DNA of 63,956 nt, the filler included, from Olpidium bornovanus S191 (lineage: Eukaryota > Fungi > Olpidiomycota): assembly GCA_017911155.1 (NCBI GenBank). It is 28 parts of 28 records of this genome, joined end to end, with 100 filler letters (N's around TTAATTAATTAA, not from the genome) between each part and the next. Parts side by side here need not be neighbours in the genome. Positions count along the whole stretch, not along the records: positions 62,853 to 63,956 come from JAEFCI010000764.1; 27 more parts are not named here. The stretch is one strand, 5' to 3'. The stretch's first letter is position 1. Each line of letters begins with the position of its first letter. The notes under the pieces are model-generated. The model was not told the origin of the DNA and made no database searches. It saw only the letters and a program-made list of their open reading frames with translations. Below, in pieces: positions 63,939 to 63,956 of the stretch. The translations under genes and the position numbers were made by a program.

Positions 63939-63956
63939 GGGGGGGGGGGTGGGGGG

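Overview
This is not contiguous DNA. It is 28 short contigs (about 1.1-4.8 kb) joined by an artificial 100-nt linker (44 N + TTAATTAATTAA + 44 N), so neighbourhood across a linker means nothing. The source is a GC-rich, intron-rich eukaryote with fungal-type housekeeping genes (DOHH, glutaredoxin, NAT3, SEC31, SRPK, PSD1, AAC, BCAT, XRN1, VPS4, uS11m) plus axonemal genes (EFHC1/Rib72-like DM10 protein, TTLL4-like glutamylase). That points to a zoosporic early-diverging fungus; Olpidium-like is my unverified guess. Most genes are spliced and truncated, so the ORF track misses or misframes many of them. The most interesting signal is contig 22912-24751, where a decayed Ty3 gag is fused to an intronless, head-to-tail block: a frameshifted D5-like primase-helicase C-terminus, an intact 117-aa ORF and a third decayed ORF. 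This is a candidate endogenous large-DNA-virus fragment. Other notable items: a small secreted Cys-rich gene with one in-frame TAG, bracketed by three repeat families; an intronless GT-B-like + GT2 + mucin-repeat fusion; a FERM-domain protein; a SAMHD1-like dNTPase; a 180-bp in-frame duplication in the SRPK N-terminus; and a PRPP-synthetase-like exon pair lacking the SPDxGG motif. No CRISPR array, rRNA or convincing tRNA was found. All family assignments come from motif recognition by eye, not database searches.
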